From positions 9,929 to 73,928 of the forward strand of contig CAYFLJ010000001.1 in the NCBI GenBank assembly GCA_964343985.1: a DNA stretch of 64,000 bases, written 5' to 3'. Shown in pieces: positions 48,693 through 58,668 of this stretch (position 1 is the first letter of the stretch; every line of letters begins with the position of its first letter). The position numbers were made by a program, and so were the translations under genes. Source of the stretch: an uncultured Thermoflexus sp. GTDB taxonomy: Bacteria; Chloroflexota; UBA11872; UBA12225. Below the pieces are notes generated by a model. That model did no database searches. It had not been told where the DNA came from and saw only the letters and a program-made list of their open reading frames with translations.

Positions 48693-49664
48693 GTGGCAGT
48701 CGTCACGATGTCGCAGGCCCTGAACATGGCCCTCACCGAAGAGATGGCGCGGGATGACCGCGTATTTTTGATTGGTGAGGACATCAAAGACAGCACGTAT
48801 GGAATCACCAAGGGGCTATGGGAAACGTTTGGGCATAAGCGAGTAATTGGGACGCCCATTTCAGAAGCGGCGATTGCGGGCGCCGTGCTTGGCGCGGCGT
48901 CGGTCGGCCTCCGGCCCATCGCGGAATTCATGTACATGACGTTCATGATGTGCGCGATGGATCAGGTGGTTAATCAGGCCGCCAAATCGAAATACATGTT
49001 CGGAGGCAAAGCGGTCCTGCCAATCGTCTACCGGACGATGGCCGGTGCGGGTCGTGCGAACGCGGCGCAACACACGCAATCGCTTGAGGCGTGGTTCGCG
49101 CATGTGCCAGGACTAAAAATCGTCATGCCCACGACGGCGTACGATGCTAAGGGTTTGCTGAAGACGTCGATTCGTGATGACAATCCGGTCATATTTATCG
49201 AGAACAAGGTGCAGTACGCAACCACGCGGGACGAGGTTCCGACGACGGACTACACCATTCCGTTTGGTCAAGCGGCGATTCGTCGAACGGGCAAGGACGT
49301 CACGATTGTTGCTTTGCAACGGATGAATGAGGTTGCGCTTGAGGCTGCCGAAGAGTTAGCCGCCTCCGGGATTGAAGCTGAGGTTATCGACCCGCGAACG
49401 CTTGTGCCGCTCGACCTTGATGCGATCGTCGGGTCGGTACGGAAGACGCATCGCGTGGTGATCGTGCACGAGGCACACGAGCGCGTCGGCTTCGGCGCGG
49501 AACTTGTTGCGCAGATTGTCCAACACGCGTTCGACTACCTCGACGCGCCGCCAGTGCGAGTGGCGAACCCGAACGTACCTACGCCATTTAATCGAACCCT
49601 CGAACAGTTGTCGATTCCGTCGGCTGCGCAGGTGGTGCAGGCCGTGCGCGGGTTGATGCGGTAG
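48693..49664 (+). CDS. 2-oxo-acid dehydrogenase E1 component beta subunit
   Basis: MSQALNMALTEEMARDDRVFLIGEDI... transketolase-like pyrimidine-binding and C-terminal domains. Confidence 0.9.
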   Translation: MAVVTMSQALNMALTEEMARDDRVFLIGEDIKDSTYGITKGLWETFGHKRVIGTPISEAAIAGAVLGAASVGLRPIAEFMYMTFMMCAMDQVVNQAAKSKYMFGGKAVLPIVYRTMAGAGRANAAQHTQSLEAWFAHVPGLKIVMPTTAYDAKGLLKTSIRDDNPVIFIENKVQYATTRDEVPTTDYTIPFGQAAIRRTGKDVTIVALQRMNEVALEAAEELAASGIEAEVIDPRTLVPLDLDAIVGSVRKTHRVVIVHEAHERVGFGAELVAQIVQHAFDYLDAPPVRVANPNVPTPFNRTLEQLSIPSAAQVVQAVRGLMR

Positions 49665-49666
49665 GC

Positions 49667-51070
49667 ATGGCTACTCTTGTCAAGCTGCCCCAGTTTGGGG
49701 TCACGATGGTCGAAGCCACTGTGGTCGCGTGGCTAAAAGCGATTGGTGATCACGTTGAACGGGGTGATCCTGTCGCGAACATTGAGACGGACAAGCTCAG
49801 CCAAGAGGTCACCGCGAACGCGACTGGCGTCTTGCGACGCATTGTCGCGCCAGTGGGCGAAACCATCAAGGTGATGCAAGCGATGGCGGTCATCGCGTCG
49901 CCGGACGAATCGGAGGCGGCGATTGACGCCCTGCTTGGGGGTGGTACGAAGCCTTCGAGCATCACAGAGGCGGCGCGCGCATCGGTTGACGTCGTCTTGT
50001 CGGTCGCCCCGGTCGTGTCGGCCAAGCCCGTCGATGATCGTGAAGTTCGAGCGTCGCCCCTCGCTCGGCGCCTTGCACGCGAGTCTGGCGTTGACCTTTC
50101 GCGCGTTCATGGAAGTGGGCCTGGCGGGCGCATCGTTGAAGAAGACGTGCGTGCGTACGTCGCCGCCGCAGCAACGCGAGCCGACGGGTGGGTCTTGGCT
50201 TCGCCGTTGGCACGGCGTCGTGCGCGTGAGTCTGGGATTGACCTCGCGACCGTACCAGGGACCGGCCCGGATGGGCGCGTGGTGGAACGCGACATCGAAG
50301 GTGCAATTGAGGCACGGGCGGTCGCGGCCGCACCAACTGAGGTTTCCGTCGTTGCCGGAGCCCTGCCGGCACTTACTCGACGCGCGACCCACCGTTTCGA
50401 CGCGATGCGCCGCATTATCGCGGATCGCATGACGGCAAGCCTCCGCGACACGGCGCAGTTGACCCTCGTTGCCGAGGCTGATGCAACGTCACTCGTTGCG
50501 CTACGCAGCGCATTGGTGCCGGCGGCGAAGATCTACGGCCACCGACCGCCCACGTACACGGATTTGGTCGTCGCCATCGTTGCCCGCACCCTTCGCGATC
50601 ATCCACGACTGAATAGCAGCCTCGTTGATGGGTCGGGTGGTGCCGAGGTTGCAGAGTGGCAGGAGATAAACGTTGGGGTCGCCGTGGCACTCGACAACGG
50701 TCTCGTCGTGCCGGTGATTCGCGACGCGGACCGGAAACCGTTGCAGATTATTTCTCAAGAAATCGCAGACCTCGCGGAGGCAGCTCGCGCCGGTAGGCTT
50801 GCCGCGGATGCGTTCCACAACGGCACATTCACCGTAACCAACCTTGGGCAAATGGAAGTCGACGCCTTCACCCCAATCGTCAACCCACCTCAGGCGGCGA
50901 TCCTTGGGGTCGGTCGAATCGCGAAACGTCCAGCCGTTGTGGATGACGTACTGGCGGTGCGATCGATGGTCACGCTTTCGCTCACAATCGACCATCGGAT
51001 CGTTGATGGTGCTCCTGGCGGGGCGTTCCTGCGAGACATTCGCCGGGCAATTGAGGCGGGCACCCTCTAA
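49667..51070 (+). CDS. Dihydrolipoamide acyltransferase E2 (one lipoyl domain, two peripheral-subunit-binding domains, catalytic domain)
   Basis: Lipoyl Lys region ETDKLSQEV; two PSBD copies SPLARRLARESGVDLSRVHGSGPGGRI and SPLARRRARESGIDLATVPGTGPDGRV; catalytic DHRIVDGA. Confidence 0.9.
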   Translation: MATLVKLPQFGVTMVEATVVAWLKAIGDHVERGDPVANIETDKLSQEVTANATGVLRRIVAPVGETIKVMQAMAVIASPDESEAAIDALLGGGTKPSSITEAARASVDVVLSVAPVVSAKPVDDREVRASPLARRLARESGVDLSRVHGSGPGGRIVEEDVRAYVAAAATRADGWVLASPLARRRARESGIDLATVPGTGPDGRVVERDIEGAIEARAVAAAPTEVSVVAGALPALTRRATHRFDAMRRIIADRMTASLRDTAQLTLVAEADATSLVALRSALVPAAKIYGHRPPTYTDLVVAIVARTLRDHPRLNSSLVDGSGGAEVAEWQEINVGVAVALDNGLVVPVIRDADRKPLQIISQEIADLAEAARAGRLAADAFHNGTFTVTNLGQMEVDAFTPIVNPPQAAILGVGRIAKRPAVVDDVLAVRSMVTLSLTIDHRIVDGAPGGAFLRDIRRAIEAGTL

Positions 51071-51199
51071 CCATCACGCGTTGGCCGAGCGACCGATTTC
51101 GTGGGCGAGAACAAGCCCACGTTCGGTGCGTTGAGTGTCATGAGGCTTCGCTGCGTCGAAGCGTGCCCTGTCGCTGTTAGGCTTCGATAAGGTGCCGGT

Positions 51200-51826
51200 G
51201 TGACGTCCTTCCCATACAAAGCCGCGATTCGTGAAGTGGTTGAGACGGCGCTATTGACCCTCGCGCTTTTTCTCGGCGTCCGCCTCACGCTCCAGAATTA
51301 TCGGGTTGAGGGCTTCAGTATGGAGCCGAATCTTCATACTGGACAGTACATTTTAGTTGACAAAATCTCCTATCGCGTAAGTGAACCTGATCGTGGAGAC
51401 GTTGTCGTGATTCGGTTCCCCCTTGACCCAAAACGCGACTTCGTAAAGCGAATAATCGCGCTGCCTGGTGAGACCATCGAAATCTATGATCGACGCGTGT
51501 TCGTTGATGGCCACCCCTTACAGGAACCATATATACGTGTCCCTGGTACCTATCGCTACGAGAAGCGGCAGGTTCCTGAAAATCATTTCTACGTGCTGGG
51601 TGATAATCGCGACAACAGCCATGATTCCCACATTTGGGATTGGCTACCGCGAGAGTACATTATCGGAAAGGCAAGGCTTTCCTATTGGCCGTGGCAGTAT
51701 GCTGGGGTCATTGATCATCCAGACGTTACCCTTGCGAACGCGCTGACAGCGTTTGTCGGCGCGAGTTCGTCCGTCGCCTATGCAGATGGCGACCTGCCTC
51801 TCACAGACGCCACTGCCATCGAGTGA
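51200..51826 (+). CDS. lepB: Signal peptidase I
   Basis: GFSMEPNL (catalytic Ser), KRIIALPGE (catalytic Lys), GDNRDNSHDS box. Confidence 0.9.
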   Translation: MTSFPYKAAIREVVETALLTLALFLGVRLTLQNYRVEGFSMEPNLHTGQYILVDKISYRVSEPDRGDVVVIRFPLDPKRDFVKRIIALPGETIEIYDRRVFVDGHPLQEPYIRVPGTYRYEKRQVPENHFYVLGDNRDNSHDSHIWDWLPREYIIGKARLSYWPWQYAGVIDHPDVTLANALTAFVGASSSVAYADGDLPLTDATAIE

Positions 51827-52650
51827 ACACGGTCGCCCTTCCCCGTTGGCGGATCGTGGATGGCGCGCGGCGCCTTGGGCTCCACCTGGATGGAGCTGCG
51901 CTTGATGCGTATGAACGATATGCGGCCTTGCTTGCCGACGGCCGGCGGCGATTGAACCTGACCACGATTGTCGAGCCGTCGGACGTCGCAGAGAAATTAT
52001 TCCTCGATTCATTGACTGCAGTTCTTGGGATGGCTGCTGTCCCCTTGCCAGGTGCGCGCCTCATCGATGTCGGAACTGGGGCAGGTTTTCCGGGGGTGCC
52101 GCTTGCCGTGGCCCTTCCCCAAGTTGGGGTAACGCTTCTGGATGCGACAACGCGCAAGGTGCAGTGGGTGGATGACGCAGTACAGCGTGTCGGTATTCGC
52201 AATGCGTGGGGTGCAGTCGGGCGAGCTGAAGAATTGGGGCATCATCCCGGATGGCGCGGCCAGTTTGACATCGCCACGGCTCGCGCGGTGGCGCCGCTGG
52301 CGACCCTTGCCGAACTACTTATCCCGTTGGTTCGACCTGGAGGCGCGGCAATCGCCCTGAAGACAGCATCGACGGTCGATGAGGAGGTGGAAGCGGCACG
52401 CGTTGCGCTTAGCGAGGTCGGCGGTGCGGTCGCTCGGGTCATGCACGTGCCGGAGGATTTGCTGCCGAACCGGGCAATCGTGACACTCGTCCGTATCGGT
52501 GACGTGCCGCAGAAATATCCGCGGCGGTCTGGAATGCCTGCGCACCTTCCCTTGGGATCGCGAGTGGTTACGCGGACGCAGGTCGTGGCACAAAAGCAGG
52601 CCCGCACCACCGCTTGGTGGTACGGGCCTTTCGACCTAGCCGAGGATTGA
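51823..52650 (+). CDS. rsmG: 16S rRNA (guanine527-N7)-methyltransferase with a C-terminal extension
   Basis: LIDVGTGAGFPGVPLAV SAM-binding motif and a GidB-like N-terminal region; about 275 aa. Confidence 0.85.
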   Translation: MNTVALPRWRIVDGARRLGLHLDGAALDAYERYAALLADGRRRLNLTTIVEPSDVAEKLFLDSLTAVLGMAAVPLPGARLIDVGTGAGFPGVPLAVALPQVGVTLLDATTRKVQWVDDAVQRVGIRNAWGAVGRAEELGHHPGWRGQFDIATARAVAPLATLAELLIPLVRPGGAAIALKTASTVDEEVEAARVALSEVGGAVARVMHVPEDLLPNRAIVTLVRIGDVPQKYPRRSGMPAHLPLGSRVVTRTQVVAQKQARTTAWWYGPFDLAED

Positions 52651-52651
52651 G

Positions 52652-55096
52652 CTACGACTGGTGCGCGGGGTCCGGAGGCGGAGCAGCGTACGTCACTGGG
52701 ACGCGCGCTTCGGAATGTTCAAGGGCGGGCGCGCCAGACCCACTCTCCACATGCGCGTCCGGCGTCACGGCAACCGGCGATACCGGCTGATCGGCTGATG
52801 CGATGCGAGGAGTGAGCTTGCCGTTCAGAATCCGCCGAACGTCTGCGCTCGAGAGTTCACCCTTCTCGGCAAGCGCACGGGCGAGACGGTGCACTTCCAC
52901 TTCACAATCGCGAAGTAAGGCTTTGACCACGTCGTATTGCTCACGAAGCAGCTGATCAACTTCGCGTCGCACGCGTGCATCACTTCCGGCTGATGACCGA
53001 CGGGCGCGCGGAATCCTGACCTGCGCGTCGTCAGCACTCTCTTGCCCATCAGGCGTGGCATTTGTCGTCGGACGCTCATCCTCTGCGCCAGATTCAGGTT
53101 CATGGACGAAGAGTGCGTCGGAGGGGTTCATGTACGAGATCACGTACTTCGCAAGGTCACGCGCACGTTTGATGTCGGTGGCTGAATTGTCGAGGACCAG
53201 GTCGAGAAAGAGTTCCTCGGCCGCACGGCTTGCGAGCTTGACTTGAATCTCGGCGAGGACTTCTTGCCGCGAGTACGTTTGTTGTCCGATCAACGGGCGC
53301 AACTCGTTGAAGGTCTGGGCCTCGGTGGTGCTCACGATAGAGACGCGCCCGATGTCTTGGCGACGCAGGAGAATGGCTTGCGCGACCGCGTGCCCGGCTT
53401 CGTGGTACGCAATCCGGCGCGTGTCTTCGCGCAACGTCGTGTCTTGGCTCTGACGCTCGCGCTCCTTCTCATCGATGATGCGCTGGATGTCATCGCCGAG
53501 AAGCTCGCCCCGCTGAATCAGGGCTTGAGCAATCGCGTGCACGGTCTCGGAGTGCACGGCCAAGAGTGTCTTAACTCTGGTGTACTGCTCATCAAGAAGT
53601 TGCTCGGCGCGTCGCTTGTCCGGCAGGCTTCCCATCATGTTCCCGCCCACCAGATGCGAGTAGAAGCTGCCTCCCATGCCGTAGACCCCAAGGTAGGCAT
53701 GCGCTAGGCGAGTGGCATGTGAAAGGTCGCTTGTAACGCCGGTGAGTTGGGTATTCAGGAACAACTCTTCCGCGGCGCGACTGGCAAGACACACTTGAAT
53801 CTCAGACAGCACCTCGTCGTTGGTTTGGGTGTAACGCTCTTCAACCGGCTTTGGTGCTGCGAAGCCTAATGCACGACCATGGCGTTGAATGGTGACCTTC
53901 GACACCCGAAACATTTCGCGCTGCAGCACCGCCATTGCGAATGCATGCCCCGCCTCGTGATAGGCAATGCGCCGTTTCTCTTCGAGTTTCATCCCTCGAA
54001 TTGGTTGCTTGATGCCCCACTCATGGGCCTCACGCGCTTCCGTGAAATCGGCATATGAAATCGCGTCGCGTCCATTGAAGTGCGCAACAACCGTGGCCTC
54101 GTTCACGATGTACTTGATGGTGACTGGCGTATAGCCGATGGTGTCGCCAGCCATCCGATCAATCGGCATGTCCTCATGCCGGACCTTGGACAGGTAATAC
54201 TCGATGATGTCTTTCCGGCCTTCAGCATCCGGCGCGTCGATGGTGAGTTGCCGGTCGAAGCGTCCTGCTCGGAGGAGCGCTGCGTCCAGGGTTTCGACGA
54301 TGTTCGTGGCACCCATCGTTACCACGTTCGGACGAATTGCTGGACGACGAAGAATCCCAAGCCGACGGAGCAGACGGTCTTTCCATCCTTCATTAAGACG
54401 AGGAGGGTCCATCTCCATGAGAAGTTGGTTGAGCGCCCCGCCACCCCCCATGAACCCGCCCATCAAACCACCACCGCCCATCATGCCGGAGGTGCGCGCA
54501 GCGCCGATAGCGTCGATTTCATCGATGAAGAGGATGCAGGCGCCGTGCTGCTTCGCGAGATTACGGGCTTTCCGGTAGAGGCGCCACACGATGAGGACAT
54601 CCATCCCCATGAACATGGCTCTGAAGGAGGCGGCTGACGTGTAGCCGAACGGCACCCCGGCTTCCGTGGCAATGGCTTGCGCGAGATACGACTTTCCGGT
54701 TCCGGGAGGTCCGACCAATAGCAGACCGCGGCTAACCTCACCGCCCATGCGCTTGAAATCTTTGACGCCGCGCAGAAGGGTGACCCAACGCTCGGCCGTC
54801 TCGAGAACGTCCTTCTGTCCGCGGTAGTCCTTGAACCCGACGCCGGTTTCTCCCGGCATCACCCAGTACGTACGGCCACGCCCAAGAAACCAGAAGAGTG
54901 CCGCGAACTGGATGATCATGAACAGGACAGCGAAAAGTAGTTGGAATAACAGGTACGCCCCGTACAGCACGTACGGCATCGCTGTATCGTAATTCGGCAC
55001 AAACCAGAGGAAGAAGGCAGCGCTGAGGATCAGTACAACTAGTAAAGATCTCCAACGACGGCCAACGAACCCGGCGAGCTTTTCAAAGACGGCCAT
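52652..55096 (-). CDS. FtsH-like AAA+ zinc metalloprotease with two tandem M41 peptidase domains (both HEAGH), no periplasmic domain
   Basis: Two adjacent N-terminal TM helices; Walker A GPPGTGKS; Walker B ILFIDEIDAIG; Gly/Met-rich loop; SRH region; first M41 RRIAYHEAGHAFAMAV...ASRAAEELF; second M41 RRIAYHEAGHAVAQAI...ASRAAEELF. Confidence 0.85.
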   Translation of the reverse strand: MAVFEKLAGFVGRRWRSLLVVLILSAAFFLWFVPNYDTAMPYVLYGAYLLFQLLFAVLFMIIQFAALFWFLGRGRTYWVMPGETGVGFKDYRGQKDVLETAERWVTLLRGVKDFKRMGGEVSRGLLLVGPPGTGKSYLAQAIATEAGVPFGYTSAASFRAMFMGMDVLIVWRLYRKARNLAKQHGACILFIDEIDAIGAARTSGMMGGGGLMGGFMGGGGALNQLLMEMDPPRLNEGWKDRLLRRLGILRRPAIRPNVVTMGATNIVETLDAALLRAGRFDRQLTIDAPDAEGRKDIIEYYLSKVRHEDMPIDRMAGDTIGYTPVTIKYIVNEATVVAHFNGRDAISYADFTEAREAHEWGIKQPIRGMKLEEKRRIAYHEAGHAFAMAVLQREMFRVSKVTIQRHGRALGFAAPKPVEERYTQTNDEVLSEIQVCLASRAAEELFLNTQLTGVTSDLSHATRLAHAYLGVYGMGGSFYSHLVGGNMMGSLPDKRRAEQLLDEQYTRVKTLLAVHSETVHAIAQALIQRGELLGDDIQRIIDEKERERQSQDTTLREDTRRIAYHEAGHAVAQAILLRRQDIGRVSIVSTTEAQTFNELRPLIGQQTYSRQEVLAEIQVKLASRAAEELFLDLVLDNSATDIKRARDLAKYVISYMNPSDALFVHEPESGAEDERPTTNATPDGQESADDAQVRIPRARRSSAGSDARVRREVDQLLREQYDVVKALLRDCEVEVHRLARALAEKGELSSADVRRILNGKLTPRIASADQPVSPVAVTPDAHVESGSGAPALEHSEARVPVTYAAPPPDPAHQS

Positions 55097-55241
55097 TGAT
55101 GACGCCTTTCAGGTGCAGGTTGACAGAGTCGTAGACGTTCGGTCTGCGACCACGACTACACTGCCAGTCAGGCGAGTATAGAGACGCCGCTCGGACGATT
55201 CGTTCAGAATTCTCTGAGAATCCAAACGTTCTCGAGATGGC

Positions 55242-55790
55242 CTAGCGCTTGGACGCGGGTGTCAGCTTTCCGCCGTCACCAACGTCGTACAAGGTGCCAG
55301 CTGGGCCGCCGATGCGCACTTGTCGCCCTGGAGCGACGTTGTAAACCCCGCTCGGGTCAGCATCGATTCCCATGACTGCGACCCCGTCGGCGTCATACGT
55401 GACCCCTCGTTCGTCGGTGGTGTTTCGTGGTGCAGGTGCGTCCGTACGGGCCAGTGGTTTGCGAGCGGGATTCGGCGCCTGTTCGCCCCCGGCCCGGCCT
55501 ATCGATGCGCCGGCACGTGCTTCGGCGCCACGGGGCGCGTCGGTAACCAAGGGCGGTGAGGCAGGTTGCGCCAGAAGGATTCCCTTCCATTGCCACCAGA
55601 GCCCGCGGACAAACGTGGCGACGTAGACCACAGTGATCAGTCCGAAGATCGCAAGAAAGGTCCGCGTTGCGGGCCGCATTCCTGGGGTGACCGTGCGGAA
55701 CGCGGTACCTTCGGGGCTTGGTGCCTGCGCCGAGTCAACGTCTCGCCCGGAGGGTAGATTCGGCCCTGACTCGGTGGGAGTCTCGGTCAT
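55242..55790 (-). CDS. Hypothetical Pro/Ala-rich membrane-anchored protein
   Basis: Single TM (TFLAIFGLITVVYVATFV); low-complexity N-terminal and C-terminal regions; 4-nt overlap with the upstream DUF3105 gene. Confidence 0.5.
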   Translation of the reverse strand: MTETPTESGPNLPSGRDVDSAQAPSPEGTAFRTVTPGMRPATRTFLAIFGLITVVYVATFVRGLWWQWKGILLAQPASPPLVTDAPRGAEARAGASIGRAGGEQAPNPARKPLARTDAPAPRNTTDERGVTYDADGVAVMGIDADPSGVYNVAPGRQVRIGGPAGTLYDVGDGGKLTPASKR

Positions 55791-56422
55791 GGGGTGGCCA
55801 TCGGTTCGTCGGGGAAGAACTCCGGGCCTTTGTCTTTGTACGCCTTGACAAAGCTCGTGATGGCTACTTCGTCAGCGCGGTCAAGGTAGGTCAGGCGGCC
55901 CCAACTGGTGAGTGCAATCGGTTTGCCAATCCCGGGGTATGGCGCGAGAATCACTTTTTTCGGATACGACTTCACAATGCGCTCAAGTTCAACGACCATG
56001 TCGGCACACCCAGCTGGGCAGTCGTACTGAACCATGATTTCGCCGTGTTCGAGGTTGTGAACTTGAACTTCGTTCGGCACGGGTTCAGCGTGAATCCCGG
56101 GTGATGCGACTTGGTCCGCGTAGTGCCACCCTGACGTCGGCGGTGTGCTGTTGTATGCCGGATGACTCTGGCCGCGCTGTATGTGTGTACGGCCCTGAAT
56201 TGGAAATTCCTGCAGGTCGCCAAAGCCGTTCGACGCAGGTTGCATCGCCCAAGTGACACCTGCAGCCAGCAGAACAAGCATGGCCGCACCGACGCCCAAG
56301 TAGGACAGCCGCTGTCGGCGAGCGGACTTGATTCGGGCTTCGCGCTGTGAAGCGAGCGCCGCGTCCTGACGAGCGCGAGCCGACCCGGGACGAGGCTTGG
56401 CGGTTGGCGTGAGGGTCGTCAC
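55787..56422 (-). CDS. DUF3105-domain membrane-anchored protein
   Basis: TM LSYLGVGAAMLVLLAAGVTWA; conserved GWHY...HNLEHGEIMVQYDCPAGC motif typical of DUF3105. Confidence 0.65.
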   Translation of the reverse strand: MTTLTPTAKPRPGSARARQDAALASQREARIKSARRQRLSYLGVGAAMLVLLAAGVTWAMQPASNGFGDLQEFPIQGRTHIQRGQSHPAYNSTPPTSGWHYADQVASPGIHAEPVPNEVQVHNLEHGEIMVQYDCPAGCADMVVELERIVKSYPKKVILAPYPGIGKPIALTSWGRLTYLDRADEVAITSFVKAYKDKGPEFFPDEPMATP

Positions 56423-56505
56423 TAGCGTTGCACTGGAAAAGGTAGTAAGTGGGCGACTTCAGCGTACCACCCTTTCGGTCGCCATCGACGCGACGGCCGG
56501 AGGGC

Positions 56506-57738
56506 CTACGCAGGAGTTAGACGACCGTTTTGGAGGCGAAATGCAGCCGAAGAAGCTCTGAACTTCGCGCTGAACATGGACGCCTCCGTGCCGGTGACGA
56601 TTGCTTGGTCGGCGGTAATCGCCAACGACTCGACAAAGGCGCGACGGCTTGGGTCGAGTTCTGACATCACATCGTCGAACAACAGCACGGGGGACTCGCC
56701 GACAACTTCGGTCATGAAGTGCGATTCTGCCACCCTCAACGCAAGCGCCGCGGTGCGTTGTTGGCCTCGGGACCCGTGAGTACGTTGATCCACGCCTCCC
56801 GCAAAAACGGTGAAGTCGTCACGGTGCGGGCCAACAAGCGTGGTCGCGGCTGCGCGATCTCGCGTGCGCGTCGCTCGAAACGCATCGTCCATCGACTGTC
56901 GTATCGCCGAGATCACCGGGTCGGCGTCGTCCCACCCTCTGATGTACGGTCCTTCGGGGGAGTCGACGTGGCGAAGCGCAACCGACGGTGCGTACCCCAT
57001 CCGGATTGCTGCCCCGCCCGGTGCACTTTCATCGAGGGTGGCCAACGCGGCGTTCAATCGACCAATCGCTCGGAGGCGACAGGCAACCACTATTGCGCCG
57101 GACGTTGATGCCTCCGCATCCCATGGGTCGAGAAGTGAGGACGCCAACGACGGCTCGTCGCGTAGTCTGCGCAACATCGCGTTTCGCTGCACGATTGCGC
57201 GTTGGTAACGCCGAAGTCCGCGGACGTACGCGCGATCAATTTGCGCTAAGGCCACGTCAAGAAAGCGCCGACGCCCCTCACTTGCGCCCGCGACGAGCTC
57301 TACTCCTTCAGGCGAGAAGTGCACCGCGACGACGTTGCCCAAAACGTCGCCGATCGCCCGAGCTCGGCCATCAACGATGGCGCGCCGGCGGACTGATGAC
57401 GGGAAGTAGGGTTCGTCGTTCGTGTCGTCAGTAAACGCTTCGGCGACCTGAGTCTCCGGCTCAACAAGCCGTAGTTCGACGGTCGTCTCACGGTGAGCCC
57501 CGTCACATGTCCCGACGGCCCGCGCAAAAGCCGGACGGTGCGGACAATTCCATGAGATTAGTTCGCGTTCGCTGGACGTGTACGGTGAACGGGTCGTCGC
57601 AAGTAGGTACGAGGCCTCAATGAGGTTGGATTTGCCGGCACCGTTATCTCCCCAGATGACGGTTGCGCCGCGTGCAAATTCGTGATCAAAACTATTGAAA
57701 CGCCGGAAATACGCGAGGGCAAGGTGGCGCAAGCGCAT
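56506..57738 (-). CDS. recF: DNA replication and repair protein RecF
   Basis: N-terminal Walker A GDNGAGKSNLIEA; SMC-like ABC signature region; C-terminal Walker B LLFDDVMSELD. Confidence 0.9.
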   Translation of the reverse strand: MRLRHLALAYFRRFNSFDHEFARGATVIWGDNGAGKSNLIEASYLLATTRSPYTSSERELISWNCPHRPAFARAVGTCDGAHRETTVELRLVEPETQVAEAFTDDTNDEPYFPSSVRRRAIVDGRARAIGDVLGNVVAVHFSPEGVELVAGASEGRRRFLDVALAQIDRAYVRGLRRYQRAIVQRNAMLRRLRDEPSLASSLLDPWDAEASTSGAIVVACRLRAIGRLNAALATLDESAPGGAAIRMGYAPSVALRHVDSPEGPYIRGWDDADPVISAIRQSMDDAFRATRTRDRAAATTLVGPHRDDFTVFAGGVDQRTHGSRGQQRTAALALRVAESHFMTEVVGESPVLLFDDVMSELDPSRRAFVESLAITADQAIVTGTEASMFSAKFRASSAAFRLQNGRLTPA

Positions 57739-57768
57739 GTCCCGCCCTCGCGAAGCGTTGGCTGAAGC

Positions 57769-58668
57769 CTAGTGTGCCCGGACTTCGATACCAGCCAAGG
57801 TTTCGAGTGGACGAATGACGGCAGCGATGTCTTCTTCGCCATGCCCGGCATCACGTGCTTCGGCGAAGACGCTGAGAACCAGGTCGGACAGCAGTGTCCG
57901 CACGTGCTGCTCCCGACCAACTTCGACTCCGAGGTTCACGTCCTTGTGCAAAAGATTTACCGAAAACATAGGGGCAAAGTTGCCCTTGAGAATCAAGTCG
58001 GGGAAGTTGCGCGCCATCTGGAAACTATTGCCGGTGGCCGACGCGATGGTCTCATACAGCAATGTAGGATCGACGCCGGCTTTGGTGCCAAGCACCATCG
58101 CTTCCGCGGCCCCCGCAAGATTGATTGCCACGAGTAGCTGATTCATCAACTTGACGACGGCGCCCGCACCGACTGGGCCTGCGTGAACAATCTTTTTCCC
58201 GACGCTTTGCAGAAGCGGGAGAGCTCGGTCGTAATCGGCCTGCGCGCCACCGACCATGACCGTGAGGGTTGCCGCGGCAGCGCCCGTCGTACCGCCCGAA
58301 ACTGGCGCATCAATGTACTTCGCACCCTTTTCTGCGAGCTTTTCGGCGACGTGTCGACAGGTTGACGGCCCGATTGTGCTGAAATCGACGACGATGGCCC
58401 CGGGTTGAATCCCCTCAAGGACACCGTTCGGCCCGAGCACCACCTCTTCGACGTGCGACGGCATGGGGAGGCAGAGACAGATCAGTTCGGCGTGCGACGC
58501 AACTTCGGCGGGGGTCTTCGCTGCAGTGGCGCCTTGCGCTGCGACGTCTGCGACGACGGCTTGGCTGCGGTTCGCGACGACCAATGGGAAGCCGGCCTTC
58601 ATGATGTTGAGGGCCATTGGGCGGCCCATCTTGCCAAGGCCGATGAAACCGGCCCGTGCTGCGCTCAT
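57769..58668 (-). CDS. NAD(P)-dependent 3-hydroxyisobutyrate/2-hydroxy-3-oxopropionate dehydrogenase family protein
   Basis: Rossmann motif GFIGLGKMGRPMALN and a 6-PGDH-like C-terminal domain. Confidence 0.85.
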   Translation of the reverse strand: MSAARAGFIGLGKMGRPMALNIMKAGFPLVVANRSQAVVADVAAQGATAAKTPAEVASHAELICLCLPMPSHVEEVVLGPNGVLEGIQPGAIVVDFSTIGPSTCRHVAEKLAEKGAKYIDAPVSGGTTGAAAATLTVMVGGAQADYDRALPLLQSVGKKIVHAGPVGAGAVVKLMNQLLVAINLAGAAEAMVLGTKAGVDPTLLYETIASATGNSFQMARNFPDLILKGNFAPMFSVNLLHKDVNLGVEVGREQHVRTLLSDLVLSVFAEARDAGHGEEDIAAVIRPLETLAGIEVRAH

